A stretch of 19,879 bases of DNA from Candidatus Thorarchaeota archaeon (GTDB lineage Archaea > Asgardarchaeota > Thorarchaeia > Thorarchaeales > Thorarchaeaceae): assembly GCA_048882045.1 (NCBI GenBank), contig JBHLRZ010000042.1, positions 1-19,879 of the forward strand. The letters run 5' to 3'. Position numbers and translations under genes: made by a program. The notes below the pieces were generated by a model, which was given only the letters and a program-made list of their open reading frames with translations, searched no databases and was not told the origin of the DNA. This document shows, piece after piece, positions 15,400-19,879 of this stretch (within the stretch, counting starts at the first letter, position 1; each line of letters starts with the position of its first letter).

Positions 15400-15864
15400 A
15401 TGAAGAAGGTTCTAGTTGTCTTTGACACAACATATGGTAATACTGAGAAGATTGGAAGAGAGATTGCTGCTGGAATAGAGGAGTCTGGACTTGCAGAATG
15501 TAAGGTGATCAATATCGATGATGTAGATAACGAGGACATCTCCGTCTATGACGGTGCGCTCTTTGGTGGACCCATCCATGCATTCAGAGCCACCCGGGGA
15601 ATCAAAAATGCAATCAAGAACGCGGCCAAGAAAGGTCTGGATGGAAAACTAGTTTCAACCTTTGACACATACCAAGCCCCTGGACACATTGGACGAGCGG
15701 CAAAGCAAATCGAGGAAGAGTTAAGAAAGAGAGCAAAAGGAGTCAAGATCTTCTCACCTGGAATGACTGCACTCGTCTTGGACATGACAGGTCCGTTACA
15801 TGACGACGAACCTGCAAAGGCTCGTGAGTTCGGTCAGAAATTCGCAAGCAAACTAGCTGAATAG
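15400..15864 (+). CDS. Flavodoxin-like protein
   Basis: KVLVVFDTTYGNTEKI, LFGGPIH, STFDT, TGPL...AREFG. ATG 15400 follows GTGAGG (track start 15391). Confidence 0.88.
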   Translation: MKKVLVVFDTTYGNTEKIGREIAAGIEESGLAECKVINIDDVDNEDISVYDGALFGGPIHAFRATRGIKNAIKNAAKKGLDGKLVSTFDTYQAPGHIGRAAKQIEEELRKRAKGVKIFSPGMTALVLDMTGPLHDDEPAKAREFGQKFASKLAE

Positions 15865-15922
15865 TGCGCTAGGCAAACAATTCATAGATGATTCTGCATT
15901 CCTGTGACAAGGTAGATAGTAG

Positions 15923-16738
15923 ATGAAAGACCTGGACAAGTACTACGAAGCAAATCGGACCATGTGGGACCAGCTCGCCAAGATCAATGTTGAGTCCAAG
16001 ACATACAGGACTGAGGATTTCCTCAACGGCGAAACCACCTTGAACTCCATCGAGCTCGAAGGACTTGGTGATGTGACAGGTAAGAGTCTACTGCATCTTC
16101 AGTGTCATTTCGGACTCGACACACTCTCGTGGGCTCGAAATGGTGCAAGAGTCACTGGAGTGGATTTCTCAAGCGAGGCGATCTCTATTGCCACTGATTT
16201 GACCAAGAAAGCGAACTTGGATGCACGGTTCATCCAGTCTAACATCTATGATTTGCCTGACATTCTCGATAAGAAGTTCGACGTCGTCTTTACATCATAT
16301 GGGGTCCTTGTGTGGCTGCATGATTTGAAACGATGGGCTGAGATTGTTGCACACTTTCTAAACCCAGGAGGGATATTCTATATTGCGGAGTTCCACCCAC
16401 TCACGTGGATAATGGACTGGGATGATCCAGATGATTTCAAGATGGTTCGCAACTACTTCTCTGATGATTCTCCCCATGAATTTGAGGTTGAAGGGTCGTA
16501 CGCATCATCGGAAGAGAGAATCGAAAAGCAGGTTGATTATGAATGGGGCCATGGTCTTTCCAAGATATTGACCTCGATAGCTGATGCGGGTCTCAGGATT
16601 CATTTCTATCACGAGTTCAACAAGATGCCATTCCAGCTTTTCCAGTTCCTCAAAAAGAATGAGGACGGATATTTCTACTATGACAATCCTGATGTCCAAC
16701 TTCCTCTGGTCTTCTCACTCAAAGCAACGAAGGACTAG
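15923..16738 (+). CDS. Class I SAM-dependent methyltransferase (LHLQCHFG subfamily)
   Basis: NRTMWD, LLHLQCHFGLDTLSWAR, GVDFS, FDVVFTSYGVLVWL, PGGIFYIAEFHP. Confidence 0.92.
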   Translation: MKDLDKYYEANRTMWDQLAKINVESKTYRTEDFLNGETTLNSIELEGLGDVTGKSLLHLQCHFGLDTLSWARNGARVTGVDFSSEAISIATDLTKKANLDARFIQSNIYDLPDILDKKFDVVFTSYGVLVWLHDLKRWAEIVAHFLNPGGIFYIAEFHPLTWIMDWDDPDDFKMVRNYFSDDSPHEFEVEGSYASSEERIEKQVDYEWGHGLSKILTSIADAGLRIHFYHEFNKMPFQLFQFLKKNEDGYFYYDNPDVQLPLVFSLKATKD

Positions 16739-17052
16739 CGTTTCCACTTCAGGTCCTTCACGATGAAATCAGCAATTGAGCTTAGGAGCTTTCCAAGTTT
16801 TTCCCCTTTCTTTGTTAGAATATGAACAATCTCCTTACCTTCCTTCTCGATCTCGATAAGGTCATTGTCTAACAGAAACTTACGAGCCGACGCAACCCGA
16901 GCACCGTTTAGCGCTGGTAGTGTCTTCGTTTCCAGACCTTTCTTGATGATGGTGTCTGCTCTTGCCTTTCCTTTGAGTCTAGTTAGGAGGAGAATCACAG
17001 TGAGTTCGTATTCGCCTCTCAGTAGTTTGACGAAGGGACTTATCTTTGCCAT
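16735..17052 (-). CDS. Small winged-HTH DNA-binding protein (MarR/HxlR-like)
   Basis: LLDNDLIEIEKEGKEIVHILTKKGEKL wing signature. ATG 17052 follows GGAGAGG (track start 17067). Confidence 0.7.
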   Translation of the reverse strand: MAKISPFVKLLRGEYELTVILLLTRLKGKARADTIIKKGLETKTLPALNGARVASARKFLLDNDLIEIEKEGKEIVHILTKKGEKLGKLLSSIADFIVKDLKWKR

Positions 17053-17226
17053 AGATATCCTCTCCAACCTGGATATTGTGTATTCCCTTCAGTTGATTAT
17101 GAATGTTCATGCTATGGATAGAAAGCAAATCATGGGAACAATCTATTTCAAGCTCGACCGATTTCTATTAGTCAGCTGGTCTTGTTCCGAGATCTAGTAT
17201 CATTACCAATTGGAGGTATAGTCCCC

Positions 17227-18516
17227 TTGGAAGTTTCATTCTCAGCGAAAAACATCGCGCCATCAGCAACACTAGCTATCAACGAACTGATTTCTACAAT
17301 CAGAGAGAGCGGTGAACAAGTCTATCATATGGGCTTTGGCGAATCGCCTTTCCCGGTGCATAAGCGTGTGAGAAAGGCACTGTGCGAGAATTCGTGGCGG
17401 CAGAAATACCTCCCGACCCAAGGCATCCTTGAACTGAGGCAGCAAGTATCAAAATTCTACCAGGTCATGTTTGAAATGCAGTATGCTCCTGAGCAAGTCA
17501 TAGTCGGTCCTGGAAGCAAACCACTGATGTTCGCAGCCTTGACAGCTCTTGATGGTCCTATTTTCTTGCCTGCTCCTTCTTGGGTCAGTTACCAACACAT
17601 GGGTAGATTCCTCTCTCGGGATGTGCATCACATTGTTACCAACTCAAGCAACTCGTATCGACTAGAACCGGAGCAGTTAGAATCTGCTCTCAGAGATCAT
17701 TCCCAAAACAATGAACAACAAAAGGTCTTGGTGTTGAACTATCCCTGTAATCCCACCGGTCATACTTTCTCAGCCCAAGAACTAGGAGAAATTGTCAATG
17801 TAGCCCGGGAGTTCAATGTCATTGTCATATCTGACGAGATTTACGCACTGACACACTTTCGAGATCAGGATCATCAAAGTATTGCGAAATTCTATCCTGA
17901 AGGTACTCTAATCACTAGTGGACTCTCCAAGGATAGGTCATTGGGAGGCTACCGACTTGGGACTCTTCTACTTCCGCCTGATGAGAAACAGCTACTCCGG
18001 AGCATTATTGCAGTCGGTAGTGAGATATGGTCCAGCGTGTCGGCTCCGATTCAGTATGCTGGAGTTGAAGCATATAGGACTGACACAAATCTCGTTGATT
18101 ACATAAGAGATTGTGCCACTGTTCATGAACTTGTCACAAGATATGTCTATCAGCGAATCCACGAAATGGATGTTTCGTGTCCATATCCACAGGGTGGTTT
18201 CTATCTGTTTCCAGACTGGAACTCCCAGAGGGACAGTCTTGAAAAGCTCGGAGTCAATACATCAAATGAATTGGCTCAGTATCTCCTGAAGAATTGGCAT
18301 CTAGCAAGCCTTCCAGGATCCGAGTTTGGAATGCCTCCAGATGACCTGTCACTCCGTCTAGCAACAGTTGACTACGATGGTAGATTTGCCTTCGAACACT
18401 ATCTGAAGAAAAGAAAATCTGCTCTGAAGGATCCAGATGGATTCGTGACGCGAATTGCCCCATCTGTTGTAGAAGGATGTAATCAGCTAGAGAAGTTCTC
18501 AGCTCAACTAAGTTGA
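17227..18516 (+). CDS. PLP-dependent aminotransferase class I/II (aspartate aminotransferase-like)
   Basis: PSATLAINE, GFGESPFP, GPGSK, APSWVSY, LNYPCNPTG, ISDEIY, PLP-lysine motif SGLSKDRSLGGYRLG, GGFYLF, LPGSEFG. TTG 17227 follows GGAGGT (track start 17182). Confidence 0.93.
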   Translation: MEVSFSAKNIAPSATLAINELISTIRESGEQVYHMGFGESPFPVHKRVRKALCENSWRQKYLPTQGILELRQQVSKFYQVMFEMQYAPEQVIVGPGSKPLMFAALTALDGPIFLPAPSWVSYQHMGRFLSRDVHHIVTNSSNSYRLEPEQLESALRDHSQNNEQQKVLVLNYPCNPTGHTFSAQELGEIVNVAREFNVIVISDEIYALTHFRDQDHQSIAKFYPEGTLITSGLSKDRSLGGYRLGTLLLPPDEKQLLRSIIAVGSEIWSSVSAPIQYAGVEAYRTDTNLVDYIRDCATVHELVTRYVYQRIHEMDVSCPYPQGGFYLFPDWNSQRDSLEKLGVNTSNELAQYLLKNWHLASLPGSEFGMPPDDLSLRLATVDYDGRFAFEHYLKKRKSALKDPDGFVTRIAPSVVEGCNQLEKFSAQLS

Positions 18517-18520
18517 TGCT

Positions 18521-19696
18521 CTATCCCTTTCGTTTTTGTATTAGGATGACCATCACAACAGCAGCTCCAATCACCATGGCTGATGGTATAAGGTAGAGCA
18601 GCATCGTTTCAAATCCAGAACCACTTGGAATTGATGGGGTTGGAGCTGTTGTAGTTGTTGTACTTGAGCTATATGTCACGTTTGTCCAGACATTGGTTTC
18701 GTACGAATAGGTCCAAGTGTCTTGAAATACATAGGAGACCCCTCCAAGATGCATTCCTCCAAAGAGTATTGTGACATTGTTCTCAGGATCAAAAGCAAGT
18801 CCCGTATTGATCCTAGCAGGAGGGGCATCGACAGGGTAGCGTCGAGTCCAGGAGTTTGCTTGCCCATCGTAAGTCCAAGTGCGATCAACAGCAATGTCTC
18901 CAATCTGTCCTCCAAAAAGGATACACTTCTGATTTACAGAGTCGTATGACATTGAAGGCCACTTTAGACGGTCCGGGTCTCCAGTTGGATCGAGTTCAGT
19001 CCAGGTATTGGAAGTCACATTGAAGGTCCATGTGTCTTGCTGATGTCCTTGGGTTGCAGTGTTTCCACTTGTCATGACTATGAGGCCAATCGACTCGTCA
19101 TAGACCATCACATGGCCGTATCGAGCAAGTGGCCTTGTCGTAGGAGCCAAGTCGGACCACTCTCGAGTTACGAGGTCGAATTTCCATGTGTCATCAGTTT
19201 CATGACCATCACCATCAAACCCTCCGAAGAGGACCACGACATTCTCGACTGGGTCATAGGCCAGTGCCAATGAGTGGTGTACACCTGGATTTACTGGAGG
19301 TTCCACCTCGGACCAGGTCTGGGTTTCAACACTATAGATCCAAGTATCTGTGACACCGAATCCACCGTACATGAAGATCTCATTTGTCTGGCTGCAATAG
19401 ACCATAGCGTGATTGGAGCGCGCGGGTGGCGACTCGGGACACATGTGTTCTGCCCACTGATTGTCGGGATAAGAATAGGTCAATGTATCACTGAGTGAAT
19501 GGATACCTCCATCGAAACTCGTACCTCCAAATACCACAGCTTCACCATTATAGGGATCAAAGGTCATCGAATGAGCACCCCTCGCTTCAGGGAACATGGT
19601 CAGCGCAGGAAGAAGACACCCCGAACTAGTCATTGGAAAAACTTGAGTGACGAGTGCAAGTGTTATCAGTGTGATAGTGAATACTCGTAGTTTCAG
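18521..19696 (-). CDS. Second membrane-anchored Kelch-repeat beta-propeller surface protein
   Basis: Six Kelch repeats, an S/T/P-rich linker, a C-terminal TM helix and KRK. The signal peptide is only encoded if translation starts at CTG 19696 (track start ATG 19633). Confidence 0.85.
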   Translation of the reverse strand: MKLRVFTITLITLALVTQVFPMTSSGCLLPALTMFPEARGAHSMTFDPYNGEAVVFGGTSFDGGIHSLSDTLTYSYPDNQWAEHMCPESPPARSNHAMVYCSQTNEIFMYGGFGVTDTWIYSVETQTWSEVEPPVNPGVHHSLALAYDPVENVVVLFGGFDGDGHETDDTWKFDLVTREWSDLAPTTRPLARYGHVMVYDESIGLIVMTSGNTATQGHQQDTWTFNVTSNTWTELDPTGDPDRLKWPSMSYDSVNQKCILFGGQIGDIAVDRTWTYDGQANSWTRRYPVDAPPARINTGLAFDPENNVTILFGGMHLGGVSYVFQDTWTYSYETNVWTNVTYSSSTTTTTAPTPSIPSGSGFETMLLYLIPSAMVIGAAVVMVILIQKRKG

Positions 19697-19819
19697 ACCT
19701 GATCCACTCCTATCTCTAGCTTCAGTGCAAAAAGTACTATGTCCATAGTATATAGACCTACATTCCTACGCAACTATTATCTCATTACGGACAGACCATT
19801 GCTTGTGTGAGAATAGCTG

Positions 19820-19879
19820 TTGGAAGAAGAATACAAAGCCCACCCTGACATTGACAGCATGCTGCAGATGTATCTTGGT
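19820..19879 (+). CDS. Probable 5' end of a gene running out of the window (MEEEYKAHPDIDSMLQMYLG...)
   Basis: TTG 19820 follows GTGTGA, the frame is open to the window edge, and it is divergent from the Kelch gene. Confidence 0.45.
   Translation, partial: MEEEYKAHPDIDSMLQMYLG

Noticed and set aside
380-19690. Numerous short overlapping or antisense ORFs in the track (e.g. 1609..1950, 4428..4790, 9565..9909, 12503..12865, 16865..17197)
   Set aside because: They shadow longer genes with clear family motifs and have no recognisable motifs of their own.

Overview
A gene-dense archaeal window with about 22 genes. It is most likely Asgard, Thorarchaeota-like. This is an inference from GGAGGTGA-type ribosome-binding sites (SD), frequent GTG/TTG starts, TATA-like promoters and membrane-anchored Kelch/beta-propeller proteins. 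I saw no rRNA, tRNA, CRISPR array or transposase. From left to right: the 3' end of a surface protein; a divergent Hef/FANCM-like SF2 helicase; a racemase plus M19 dipeptidase pair; an AT-rich island leading to a tiny Lys/Gln-rich ORF absent from the ORF track; and a TetR-membrane protein-flavodoxin operon with a tandem palindromic operator. Next come a possible reduced ARPP-1-like protein, a SAM methyltransferase, a stand-alone Lrp/AsnC domain, a MutY lacking its Fe-S motif, and an LCM-type methyltransferase plus DUF4406-like pair. The right part holds a Cys-motif HTH regulator with two beta-propeller surface proteins, a hypothetical protein, a flavodoxin, a methyltransferase, a wHTH protein, an aminotransferase and a second Kelch protein. 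The most striking signals are: (i) three genes where an SD sits 6 nt before a near-cognate codon (CTG, CTG, ACG), suggesting non-canonical initiation; (ii) a complete-looking expression unit for a 19-aa basic micro-peptide; (iii) a helicase with a DEIF motif II and a large insertion; (iv) a seven-bladed propeller with a Cys in every blade, downstream of a Cys-motif regulator. All family assignments come from motif recognition by eye; no database searches were run.
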